IMG/VR virus record: IMGVR_UViG_3300030372_003590
Coordinates: 1-39,671 of that record
From: a virus
Taxonomy: Duplodnaviria; Caudoviricetes
Direction: 5' to 3' (one strand)
DNA: 39,671 bases
Numbering within the stretch: position 1 is the stretch's first letter; the number at the start of each line of letters is the position of its first letter. Below are positions 1 to 9,700 of the stretch, one piece after another. Position numbers and translations under genes: made by a program. The notes below the pieces were generated by a model. The model made no database searches. It had not been told where the DNA came from and saw only the letters and a list, made by a program, of their open reading frames with translations.

Positions 1-99
1 CTCCTCTCTTTTATAAAATTCTTTCATATCTTTGTGCGATTGCCATAAAAAGCATGTTGCGCCGATTAACATTATTGATAAAACTATCCAAAAAACCAT
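1..99 (-). CDS. Small membrane protein, truncated by window edge (MVFWIVLSIMLIGATCFLWQSHK...)
   Basis: Manually translated; SD-like GAGG upstream; complete paralog at 38528-38641. Confidence 0.65.
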   Translation of the reverse strand, partial: MVFWIVLSIMLIGATCFLWQSHKDMKEFYKREE

Positions 100-101
100 T
101 T

Positions 102-239
102 TTAAATTTCCTCTTTTTCTATAAATTTATAATCATTTAAATCTGTATCATATCCCAATAATTCTAATAGAAATTCCTTTGCATTTTCGATATCGTCGAA
201 TATTTCTCCCTCAAAACAGTCCTCAATAATTACAGTCAT
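102..239 (-). CDS. Small acidic hypothetical protein (45 aa, MTVIIEDCFEGEIFDDIEN...)
   Basis: Manually translated; frame conserved in copy B (38644-38781) with mostly silent changes. Confidence 0.75.
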   Translation of the reverse strand: MTVIIEDCFEGEIFDDIENAKEFLLELLGYDTDLNDYKFIEKEEI

Positions 240-244
240 TTTTC

Positions 245-700
245 TTAATCCCTTCCGTATAGATCGTCTTTGTAATGGCTCAGAAACTCGAAAAATTCGG
301 TTTCAAAATCATCATCAATAACTACTGTTTGTTCATCGTTACTAAGCAAATGATCGGCTAGTGCATCATTATCAATGTCTACATAATCATAGAATATAGT
401 TTCTGCCATTTTACAATCACGACTACAATTAACTAATTCTCCATTCATTTCTAAATCGTCGTGATCTTCATTTTCACATTTACTATAAATTCTTTCTTGC
501 TCAGAACGCATTGCCCCAATCAAATACTGCTCCAATTCGTGACTTCCATCCGTCCCGATTGCACCAATAAAAGCATCATTGAATGCATAAGAAACAAAAC
601 CGATAAAAAATTCTCTTTCTTTTGTGTCCATTTGCATATCAAGAAATCTGATGACTTCTTGTTTTTCTGCTTCGTACGCTTGTCCGTATTTATAAACCAT
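245..700 (-). CDS. Acidic early protein, allele A (151 aa)
   Basis: Start set to ATG 700 (SD GAGGAG); same N-terminus as 38787-39233. Confidence 0.85.
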   Translation of the reverse strand: MVYKYGQAYEAEKQEVIRFLDMQMDTKEREFFIGFVSYAFNDAFIGAIGTDGSHELEQYLIGAMRSEQERIYSKCENEDHDDLEMNGELVNCSRDCKMAETIFYDYVDIDNDALADHLLSNDEQTVVIDDDFETEFFEFLSHYKDDLYGRD

Positions 701-714
701 TTTTAAATCTCCTC

Positions 715-954
715 TTATTTTAACTGTGTTCTGTACTCGTTCGCTGCATGTTCTACAGTGACAGCAATCCACGCTAGCAATTCTTCGCACTTGCTACCAC
801 CTAAGCCTCTTAATAGATCCCACGTTTGACCGTCGAAAACTCTTTCTTCATCAGATCCGATCAGCTCTTCTTGTAATGTTTGAATAATAAAATCACCAAC
901 ATCACCAAGTTCACCAGAAAACTCAAAATCCTTATTCCAATTATTAACACTCAT
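715..954 (-). CDS. Acidic hypothetical protein specific to cassette copy A
   Basis: ORF track; SD AAGGA upstream; tight packing with neighbours. Confidence 0.75.
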   Translation of the reverse strand: MSVNNWNKDFEFSGELGDVGDFIIQTLQEELIGSDEERVFDGQTWDLLRGLGGSKCEELLAWIAVTVEHAANEYRTQLK

Positions 955-975
955 TTTCTCAATCCTTTCTTTATT

Positions 976-1034
976 CGTAGCGTGTTAGTGTTTGCTACGC
1001 GCAAGCCATCAAAGTGTTAACCTTGATCGCTCGC
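976..1034 (-). promoter_or_regulatory. Tandem RNA hairpins in the leader of the early cassette
   Basis: Minus strand GCGAGCGAUCAAGG/CUUUGAUGGCUUGC (two G-U pairs, one mismatch) followed by CGUAGC/GCUACG, just 5' of the RBS. Confidence 0.6.
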
Positions 1035-1046
1035 TCGTATGAAATA

Positions 1047-1184
1047 CTAATTTTCTATTATTTCTCTTTCTATTTCTCCAATCCATTCATAAGTGTTTAA
1101 TGTGTTTAGAGTTCTTATATCTAAATCAATTCCTTGATAGTCTTCATCTCTCCGTACACCTGCATTTTCTGATTTTTTAGACAT
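1047..1184 (-). CDS. Small hypothetical protein (45 aa, MSKKSENAGVRRDEDYQG...)
   Basis: Manual translation; ATG directly follows the upstream stop codon. Confidence 0.6.
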   Translation of the reverse strand: MSKKSENAGVRRDEDYQGIDLDIRTLNTLNTYEWIGEIEREIIEN

Positions 1185-1430
1185 TTACTTGATCTCTCTT
1201 TCCAAATTTTGAATAATTTCTTGATACGCAATCAATTGCTCTTGGTCTAATTGTGTAAATCTTGTTTTTATAATCCTCCTCATAGTTTTTAATAATTCTT
1301 TATGTGTCATGTGTTGAATCAAATCTATATGAAATTCCGTCTCGTTTTGCACTCCTACTTCTTGGCTATATTCGATATCAAAAATATCTTTTCTAATACT
1401 TGTTAATACTATGTTTTGTACTGTTTTCAT
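1185..1430 (-). CDS. Hypothetical early protein
   Basis: ORF track; purine-rich RBS. Confidence 0.75.
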   Translation of the reverse strand: MKTVQNIVLTSIRKDIFDIEYSQEVGVQNETEFHIDLIQHMTHKELLKTMRRIIKTRFTQLDQEQLIAYQEIIQNLEREIK

Positions 1431-1453
1431 TTTCTTCTCTTTTCTTGGTGTTT

Positions 1454-1858
1454 CTAAAATTTAGGGATATAACAAGCCTGACCGATTGTGTTATATACCG
1501 TATCTATTGGTTGATCAATTTCTTTAAGTTTTGATGCTTCATAGAGATAAATTTGCACTCCACGCGGATCGCGTTGAATGTAAAAATCAAAATGTGACTG
1601 TTTTTGTATGGACTCTATAATCGCAACTGCTCGACTAACTCCATCTTCTAAAAATTTAGTAAAATTTCCGAGCTCGTCGAATTGTGCATACTCTCCATCA
1701 TCACTTACTTGTATAGTTCCATTACATTCTGCAGTGAACCAAACATTAAGAATCTCATCAATTTCTGCTAATGTTTTATAATTGTCTCTTGTAATCTCAA
1801 ACCTTGATCTTGCTCTCTCTGCATCTTGGTCAAATCGTTCTAACTCTCTTGCGTTCAT
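1454..1858 (-). CDS. Conserved-type phage hypothetical protein (QRDPRG motif), first early gene
   Basis: Start moved to ATG 1858 because the promoter lies at 1921-1950; xDPRG motif seen in small phage proteins. Confidence 0.75.
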   Translation of the reverse strand: MNARELERFDQDAERARSRFEITRDNYKTLAEIDEILNVWFTAECNGTIQVSDDGEYAQFDELGNFTKFLEDGVSRAVAIIESIQKQSHFDFYIQRDPRGVQIYLYEASKLKEIDQPIDTVYNTIGQACYIPKF

Positions 1859-1920
1859 TGTCTTCTCTTTTCTTACTTGGTGACTGGCTTTGCTTGTTGC
1901 GTACCAGTGACCATGGATAA

Positions 1921-1950
1921 ATACTAACATTATAAAAAAAATAGATGCAA
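1921..1950 (-). promoter_or_regulatory. Sigma70-type early promoter TTGCAT-18-TAGTAT with TGn extension
   Basis: Motif spacing read directly; AT-rich upstream region. Confidence 0.55.
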
Positions 1951-2099
1951 ATAATTTGTACTATAAATTTCGCCAGTGTTTATAAGGGTTTTTGAAAATT
2001 CTTAAAAAAACTTTTCCTCATTATGTAAAGTAATTTTGAATATCAGATAAAAAAATCGAACAAACCACAAAGAATAATAGATTGATCTACTACATATAT

Positions 2100-2420
2100 A
2101 CGTATGAACAGATACAACTAATAAAGGCAGTAAATAAGGTAGTAAATAAGATTGATTGAATAGGCTATATATAGAGACATTGTAGAGCTGATTTGATTAG
2201 CTGATATTAGGTGTTGATGTGCGCATATATTAGGTGCATATATTAGCTGCTGTTTTTGGTGCTGATTTTGGTACTAAAATACCTACTTATTAGCTGGCTA
2301 GATACGCGCGTAGTTGACACATTATTGACCTAGTTACTTGACACATTATTTATTGTTGACATAACAGAGCCAAAAATACCACCAGAGCCACCACAAGAGC
2401 CATACAAGCCAAAAACCAAA
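2100..2420. repeat. Non-coding cluster of short direct repeats between the divergent arms (possible packaging/terminus region)
   Basis: AGTAAATAAG x2 (2129, 2141), GCATATATTAG x2 (2223, 2236), TTGACACATTATT x2 (2314, 2338), AGAGCC x3 (2366, 2384, 2396). Confidence 0.7.
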
Positions 2421-2589
2421 GGAATAAAAAGCTCTATGCTGACCCAGGATAGGCACACTGAGAACGCATACAATCGCTCTCATGCAATAATGTAGAGGGT
2501 AGGGGCGAAAAGGCGGCAAAAACACCGAATTGTTTGGAGGAGCAGTTAGCGATAAATACTCGTAAGCCGATATCATGTTATCCAAGAGC

Positions 2590-2618
2590 TTGACAAGATT
2601 GCTGTTGCGTCTGATAAT
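2590..2618 (+). promoter_or_regulatory. Promoter TTGACA-17-GATAAT for the packaging/structural arm; probably leaderless
   Basis: -10 box ends 8 nt before ATG 2627 and no SD is present. Confidence 0.65.
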
Positions 2619-2626
2619 CGACAACT

Positions 2627-3100
2627 ATGGACACAGAAATACAAGCATTAGTAGACCAGTTAGATCCAGAGCGTGATTATGGGGAGTTTAGCTACCATGA
2701 GATAGTAGATGGTTGTTTGGATGGGCGGTTTGTTATTAAACCTGGTGACCCTGTACCTGTTTTACGAAATAAAGGAAAATCGATGAAGGGTACTGGGCGT
2801 ACATTGGAGTTGGCAAAGCCGCGTGAACGTAAACATTTTGTAACACGATTTGAAGAATACGCGACAAATGATTTTGAAGTAGCGTATAATTCACTTATGG
2901 ATTTGGTAAAGAAGCGTGACGTTAAGGCTGTCATGTACTTTATGGATCGAGTAATGGGTAAGCCTAGAGAAACGAGGGATGTAGCGAGTTCAGAGATGAT
3001 GGCTACATTTATCGCATCTTTAGCTGGTACTCGAATGGCCCAAGTAGAGCAGCCAGAGCCGAAAGTGATTATTGATGCAACGGACTACCGAGAGGCCTGA
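2627..3100 (+). CDS. terS: Probable terminase small subunit
   Basis: Position upstream of terL; DVKAVMYFMDRVMGKP resembles the DUF5681/TerS-type C-terminal helix. Confidence 0.6.
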   Translation: MDTEIQALVDQLDPERDYGEFSYHEIVDGCLDGRFVIKPGDPVPVLRNKGKSMKGTGRTLELAKPRERKHFVTRFEEYATNDFEVAYNSLMDLVKKRDVKAVMYFMDRVMGKPRETRDVASSEMMATFIASLAGTRMAQVEQPEPKVIIDATDYREA

Positions 3101-3311
3101 TGGTATAGAAGGTATCGAACTGACGATACGGAAGTTACGTGCTGCGTTAGTCAAGACCCAATCGTGGGCAGAGGAAATGGAAATGGATGAATTTTTGGAC
3201 TCACCATTTGCTAGTCTAACAAAAGAAGCCAAGATTGCGTTTTGGGTAGGGCACGTACAGGGTATAGAAAATGCCCTTGTTATATTAGAAGAAGCTGCTG
3301 ATGATTCTTGA
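3072..3311 (+). CDS. Hypothetical protein
   Basis: Fills the terS-terL gap, overlapping both. Confidence 0.6.
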   Translation: MMQRTTERPDGIEGIELTIRKLRAALVKTQSWAEEMEMDEFLDSPFASLTKEAKIAFWVGHVQGIENALVILEEAADDS

Positions 3312-4668
3312 ATATCCTAGACCGTTAGTTTGGGATTGGTTACGCGACTTTGGAGACGAAGGGTATCAACCTTTCCCCTGGCAAGCTGAGCACATACATT
3401 CACGTTCTGAGAATAGAATCATAGCTGCATGTGGTCGTCGTGCAGGCAAGTCTACTGCTATTGTAGCTGAGGCATGGCGTGAATTGACACAACCGCCTGA
3501 CGTTGTAGCAGGCGTAGAGCATCAACCATTAGTCTATATTATTGCTCCTAACTATGAATTGACTATGCGTGTATGGGAACCATTTGTAAAATCCTGTATA
3601 TCTGACCCTATGAGTAGTAATCCTGCAATCTTATCTGAGTTAGTTTCTAGTTATAATAAAGAACGACGTTTAATTGAATTGAAAACAGGCGCACGTATAC
3701 AGGCTAAGTCTGCTGACAACGAAGTTTCATTACAGGGAGACAGAGTAACAGCAGCAATTATAGATGAAGCGCACGATGTCGCCGACAGTGCACGGAACGA
3801 GTTCATGCCAGCGTTGACAGATGCTAAAGGTCGTCTCATTGCGATTGGCGTACCACAAAGCAATAACTGGTTCAGGTCGTATTGGGAACGTGGACAATCT
3901 ACCCTCCAAGAAGATAACGATTATTATTCATTTTCTGTGCCTACTACTGCTAATCCAACTATTGATGCAAGCGTTGTCGAAGAAGCACGACTGGAGTATC
4001 CAGAAATTGAGTTTCGCCAACGATTTTTAGCTGAATGGGCCGAATCAGAAGGTAAAGTTTTCAAAAATGTTGATGACTGTTTCAATGGAAAACTACAATC
4101 ATGGCAAAAAGGTAAACACTATTTAATGGGTTTGGATGTCGCGAAGCAACACGACTATACAGTGGCGTATGTTATCGATATTAAAGACATGTCAATAGTG
4201 GCATCTGACAGATTCAATGGGCTGTCATATACAGCTTTGGGGCCTCGTATTGCTAGTCTGTACCAAGAGTACAAGTGCCAGACAATACACTTAGATGCGA
4301 CTGGGGTGGGTGAAGCTGTCAAGGATATTTTAGTAGATGAAGGGTGTCATATAACAAATTTTAAATTCACTACTCAATCCAAAGCACAATTAGTTTCTAC
4401 CTTAGTTGCAGAGGTTGAGCATAAAAGAGTACACTTCCCCTATGACGATGAGCAGTTGCGACGAGAGTTGAAACTGTTTGAAGGAAAAGTAATGGCAGGG
4501 GGTACTATTCACTACTCCGCCCCTCCAGGATACTTTGATGACTGCGTTATGGCAGCAGGTCTTACTGTGCTGCTTGCAAAACAACGCCAACCACGTAAAA
4601 TAAATACCAAGAAGTATTTAACATTTAACAATACAAACAAACGTAGATTCTTGACAGGTGTTGCATGA
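3301..4668 (+). CDS. terL: Terminase large subunit
   Basis: Walker A GRRAGKS, Walker B IIDEA, nuclease motifs GLDVAK..DYT and FDDCVMA. Confidence 0.95.
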   Translation: MILEYPRPLVWDWLRDFGDEGYQPFPWQAEHIHSRSENRIIAACGRRAGKSTAIVAEAWRELTQPPDVVAGVEHQPLVYIIAPNYELTMRVWEPFVKSCISDPMSSNPAILSELVSSYNKERRLIELKTGARIQAKSADNEVSLQGDRVTAAIIDEAHDVADSARNEFMPALTDAKGRLIAIGVPQSNNWFRSYWERGQSTLQEDNDYYSFSVPTTANPTIDASVVEEARLEYPEIEFRQRFLAEWAESEGKVFKNVDDCFNGKLQSWQKGKHYLMGLDVAKQHDYTVAYVIDIKDMSIVASDRFNGLSYTALGPRIASLYQEYKCQTIHLDATGVGEAVKDILVDEGCHITNFKFTTQSKAQLVSTLVAEVEHKRVHFPYDDEQLRRELKLFEGKVMAGGTIHYSAPPGYFDDCVMAAGLTVLLAKQRQPRKINTKKYLTFNNTNKRRFLTGVA

Positions 4669-6491
4669 ACGCAGATCAGGCATACAGGCGATTTGAATAT
4701 CTAAAGTCCACAGTTTATGGCAATCTTCTTAACGAATTTCAATTAGATGAAGATCTTATAAGTGGTGACTTTGCACGTACTATCATTCCAGATGAATGGA
4801 TGGACGAAGGATTAGACCCTACTGTACCTCCAACAGCATATAACGCAGTAACCAATGCAGCAGACCATATACTTGCTGCTCCACGTAACTTTGTACCTAT
4901 ACGACCAGTCAAAGATTCTGCAGAAGCTGCACGTGAACGAGCAGAAAATCAAAGACGATTCCATGATATGTGGTGGTCACGTGTATATGAAGATCAGGGT
5001 GCGCCATTAGAGCGTGGTAAAAAGAAACTTATTCGTGGGAAAATGGTACTTAAGAAAACAGTGCGCTTTGATTTGTTACCAGATATGCCAGAAGATCCTA
5101 CATCGGACGATAAAAGAAAGTTTAGTAGGGCATTACGGCGAATTGCACGGTCAAAATTTCTATGGAATCTAGATGTATGTCCTCCAGAAAATATTTTTGA
5201 AGATCCAGTAAACCCCTGGGATCCAGAATATGTATATGAAGAATACGAAATATTCGCCAGTGAAGTAGTCAAACGATACCCAAATCTTATGAGCGAGTAT
5301 GGGCATGGCGATCCTATGAGTAAATTGCCGTATGTAGAAATGTGGACTAAACCATATAAGGATGATCCTGGTAGCTATATGGTATGGATTGATGGCTCAA
5401 TAGTTCACGAAGCAGATAATCCCTATTCATGGGAGACACGATTTTCTGAAGAAGATAATCTTGATTACGATGGATATGTACCGTATGTCATTACTGATCC
5501 TGGTTTCGGAGATGTAGATGGCGATAATAAACCAGAAGATAGATACACATCAATTCTTCGCCCTATACGCTCTGTTCTTACTTCAGAAGCGCGTTTTTTG
5601 ACTGAAATGGAAGCATGGTTACGCATGTATGTGTTCCCTGCTCTAGTTACTGTCAATATGGATGAGCTAGAAGATGGTGAAAAAGAAATACGTTTAGGGC
5701 CAGGATCGCACGTAAACATTAGACCTGACCAAAGTTTAGACTTATTGCGCTGGGGTGAAGCCCCAATAACACTAATGCAAGGTTTGCAGCGTGTTAATAG
5801 CTATGCAGACGATGCTTCTAAGTTCGGCGCACTTGGTGGTACACCACAAGTAGGCGTAGATACAGCTACAGAATCTGAAATGATATTGCGGAATGCAGCA
5901 ACAAAACTTGCTGGCCCTATTTCTGCAATGCAACGCGCTTGTCAAAAAATAAACTCATGGATATTGATGGATATAGAACATATATTCTCAACGGAGGTGA
6001 CTCTTTATGGCTCTTTTGCGCATACTCCAAGCGAAACAACTTTACGCCCTTCGGATATTGATGGTTACTATTACACGAATGTAACGTTTGAAACTACAGA
6101 CGAGAATATGGTCAATGCGCGTAAGGCTAGACTATGGGCTGATCTATACAGAATCATGCCAGGTTTGTCAGAGCGTACAGCTATGGACAAGATGGGCATA
6201 GATGAACCAACAGGTGAGCAAGATGAACGTTCCGTTGAAGATATGATGCGTTCTCCACCAATGCAACAGGCACAAATGCTTATGGCATTAGCTGGTTTAG
6301 GTGAAGTTGGTGATATTGTACGGCAGGCTTATCAAGCTGAATTAGGCGGTGGACAACCTCAAGGGCCACAAACTATGGGTGATGAGCAGGCATTAACTAC
6401 AGTTGACCAGTTAGGTAATCCTTCTGAGCCTATAATTACTGAAGCCAGACAAAATGCACAAGTAGATCAAATACAAAGGCAGTATCAATAA
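4665..6491 (+). CDS. Portal (head-tail connector) protein
   Basis: 608 aa directly after terL; TATE motif; Q/P-rich C-terminus typical of podoviral portals. Confidence 0.8.
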   Translation: MNADQAYRRFEYLKSTVYGNLLNEFQLDEDLISGDFARTIIPDEWMDEGLDPTVPPTAYNAVTNAADHILAAPRNFVPIRPVKDSAEAARERAENQRRFHDMWWSRVYEDQGAPLERGKKKLIRGKMVLKKTVRFDLLPDMPEDPTSDDKRKFSRALRRIARSKFLWNLDVCPPENIFEDPVNPWDPEYVYEEYEIFASEVVKRYPNLMSEYGHGDPMSKLPYVEMWTKPYKDDPGSYMVWIDGSIVHEADNPYSWETRFSEEDNLDYDGYVPYVITDPGFGDVDGDNKPEDRYTSILRPIRSVLTSEARFLTEMEAWLRMYVFPALVTVNMDELEDGEKEIRLGPGSHVNIRPDQSLDLLRWGEAPITLMQGLQRVNSYADDASKFGALGGTPQVGVDTATESEMILRNAATKLAGPISAMQRACQKINSWILMDIEHIFSTEVTLYGSFAHTPSETTLRPSDIDGYYYTNVTFETTDENMVNARKARLWADLYRIMPGLSERTAMDKMGIDEPTGEQDERSVEDMMRSPPMQQAQMLMALAGLGEVGDIVRQAYQAELGGGQPQGPQTMGDEQALTTVDQLGNPSEPIITEARQNAQVDQIQRQYQ

Positions 6492-6760
6492 TGGCAGGTG
6501 AATTAAGTGAACGACTAGTACGCAGAGCAGCAAGAACGGCTGCGCGAGAAACAATGTTAATACGTTCTATCAATGAACGATTTGGTGTTGCAGCAGCAGC
6601 GGAAGCTCGTAATCGTGAATTTGAAAGAATTGCAAGACAATATGATATGTTGCCTCGAAATTTAAACTCGGATGGTTGGTCGCCATTCGTCAGCTCTACT
6701 TCACCTATAGTCAATCAAATTATCCAAGATTTGAGTGGAGGCGGTAACAATGCCAGTTAA
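6491..6760 (+). CDS. Hypothetical virion-associated protein
   Basis: TAATG coupling to the portal gene. Confidence 0.65.
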   Translation: MAGELSERLVRRAARTAARETMLIRSINERFGVAAAAEARNREFERIARQYDMLPRNLNSDGWSPFVSSTSPIVNQIIQDLSGGGNNAS

Positions 6761-9700
6761 TCTAAAGTCATTAGAGAAAACTAATCCGAATTTATATAGA
6801 GAGCTTAGAAGTTTTATGGTTCAGATGTTGGAGAAAGGTTATGAAACAGCTTCTTTAACAAAGCCTGCGATAAATGATGATGTCCTTCAATTATATTATG
6901 ATGGTATAGAGCAATTTAAAAATTTTACTGATGCTTTAGTTGATACATACGAGAGTAATATCGGTGCTCAAGATGTGGCATCACAGCAAAAGGTGTTGAA
7001 ACAGCTTAATGTTTTCGTAGAATTAATTGGTAACAAAAAAACAACTTTACACGATGATGTTTACCGATCTGAAAATCTAGAGCATAAAGAACTTCAAAGA
7101 AAAGCAGGTATTGCAGAAAATAACATTCAAGAATTATCAAGAGTAACAATAGTTGAAGGTAAATCAGTACCTCAAACTGCCAGAACAACAGCGGATAAAA
7201 CAAAAGAGGCAGCTAGATTCAAGGCGGAAGAATTTGCATTAACGCTATTTGGCTCAGAAGCTATAATTGAATTTTCTAACCCTGATAAAGTCAATCCAGA
7301 TAGTAAGTTTTCTGGTAGCAATTTTGATATTTTTGAATTATCGGTTAAGCCATTTGGAGATCCTAGCGATGAATCAGCATATTTTCATGTGGCTGTTCCA
7401 GTAGATGAAGATGGAGAAGTAAAAAAGGGACAATTACCACAATATGTAGATGATGGTGATGCTGAAGAAGTGCATAAAACATCTGCTACAATTACTACTG
7501 AAAATGCATCTGGTACAAAAATAAAAGTTCCAGTAACTTTTAAAAATGGCCAATATTATGCAAGAGTTGGTGCACCTGATGCAAATAATAATTTAACTAA
7601 TGTCATCGTCTTTCAAGAAAATTTTGATAAAAAACCTTCTAAGAGAAGGGAAATAAAAAATCTACTCTATGAAGGTAAGCCAGTTTGGACTGATGATGTA
7701 CATTATTATCCTGATGATACTTCAGATATTACACTAGATGAACGCTATCTATCTTCAGCTGAAAAAGCAATTAAAGTAACAGGTAGAAAAGGCTGGAACT
7801 CAATCACTGGAGCCTACGATGTTGATTTGTGGGAAAAAGATGGTAAATATTTTGATTCTGAAGATGCTACAATATCTGTCGATAAAAGTTCAACAAAGGC
7901 TATGGGGCCTGAAGGTTCAGAAAGTGGCATTGTTCCATTAGAAGGATTCACAACTGCTGCTGGAGGGCAATTATGGGTAGATAAAGATAATAATTATTTT
8001 TCTGATGCAGCTGGAACGAAAAGGTATGCACCAGAAGCAGCTATACCTACAACACCTGATTTAAAACTTATTGAGCGTGTCGATCCTATTACAGGGCGAA
8101 CCCACATTCTTCAAATTAACCAACGTACAGGTGAAATAGTAGGCTCAACTGATACAGGTTTATTAGATGCTGATTATCAATTACAAAAAGCTACTTCTGA
8201 TTTGAATGAAAAACAATTTCAACAAAATGTTTTAGAGTTTGGTGCATTGACAGCCCAGCGTGATTTTGAAAATCAACTAGCTGAAGATGAATTTAAGCTC
8301 AACAAAACATTAGGTTTTCAAGCTCAAGCATTAGATGAAGCTCAATTCAATGCAGAGCAACTTCAATTCAATGCAAGTATGGCTGAAAATGCTAGACAAT
8401 TTGATGAAGCAAATAGACTGCGAGCATTAGCACAGCAAGAAGAAGCTAGAGCTACGAATATTCAAGCTGGTTTCCAAATTACAGAAGCAAGGGCTAAGGC
8501 GTTAGATCAAGTAAGGGATATTCTAAGTAACCCAGCGGATTATCTTGCTAGAGGTTTCGCATTAGCAGGTCAAGATGCACCGTTTACACCTGTAACGCAA
8601 GCAGATTTAATCAATCAAGTATCAAACGAATACAATGCTTATACTGACTTTTTGAGCAGTATGGGGGCAGGTTTCAATGCAGATGATTATCTTTCAGGTC
8701 GGCAGCAAACAGGCAATCCTCTAAACGTAGTAAATCCAGATGATTTTTACGATGAAGGCGATGGAGACGGTGGAGGCGGTAACAACCAGCAAGCAAACAA
8801 AAACGCTTTTTTGATGAAACGCGCTGGACAAATTTCAAGAGGTGAAGAACCTACTGGCGGTATTCAAGCAGCAGATATTGAGTTTTTTTCGAAGTCTGGT
8901 TTTGTCGCACCAGGTATGCCAGGTGAAAGTCAAAATGTAAATACAGGATTTGTAGCTGATTTTTTAGGTAATAATCCGCAGTATATGACAAATAAAGATT
9001 TATACACTACTGGAGGTGCAGAATCTTTTATTCCAGGTGGCGTTTTTGACAGCTCTGATATCCGTACTTCAGGAACGGCAGGAGAAATAACTGAAGATAA
9101 TCCTTTAGGTCAAAGTGAACTGGATGCTTTAGCAAATTTGTCTGAAGCTAATATACAAACAGGGTTTGGCGGTGGTTTGACTGCTGAACAAATTGCAGCG
9201 TTTAGAAAAACAGGTCAGGTTCCTGCTGCTGAACATGGTGGTATGTTTGGTAATCCTGTTGTAGTTGGAGATTCTTCTAGCGGAAAAGAAAATCAAGAAT
9301 TAGTAATGAGCGCAGATGGTGCGCCAATGGTCGTACTACCTTTGACAAACCAGCAAATAGATATATTACAAGGCAAACGTAATAATAAAATGCCAAAAGC
9401 ACAAACTGGTGGAATGTTCGGTTCACAAGATTTTGTCGGCTTTGGTCAAAGAATGGGCAATATTGGTTTTGGCGGAACTATGTATAACCAGTTGCCGAGT
9501 GGAAATATCACGCAACAAGATATTATTGAAAGAGCTGAGCGTTTTGGTACTCCTAGAGTGTCGAGAGTTGCTCAAGGATTTATGCCCCAACCAATGCAGT
9601 TTGGATTTCCTTTGATGACACCAGGTCAATTAAATGCTTTGACTGGCGATGAGCGTGACGAATTACGCACAAGATTAGCTACTAGAAATGTATCACTAAG

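Larger units (their letters stand above)
1..1025. repeat. Copy A of a diverged ~1 kb early-gene cassette (copy B at 38543-39671)
   Basis: 1-~270 aligns to 38543 onward (offset 38542) with scattered substitutions; paralogous 151/148 aa genes; unrelated middle genes; 968-1025 is identical to 39614-39671 (58 bp). Confidence 0.95.

Noticed and set aside
245-700. Diversity-generating retroelement TR/VR pair with 38787-39233
   Set aside because: Differences include indels and all base types, both copies are intact genes, and no reverse transcriptase is present.
1-1025. Direct terminal repeat proving genome completeness
   Set aside because: The copies are diverged and partly non-homologous; only an internal 58 bp is identical.
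968-1034. Integron attC site
   Set aside because: No proper RYYYAAC/GTTRRRY boundaries and no integrase; G-U pairing favours an RNA structure.
2100-2420. Mini CRISPR array
   Set aside because: Repeats are 6-13 bp, of several types, with no regular spacers.
2346-2624. 92-aa minus-strand ORF with a Trp-rich tail
   Set aside because: Arises from the A/C-rich repeats, overlaps the terS promoter, and has no RBS.
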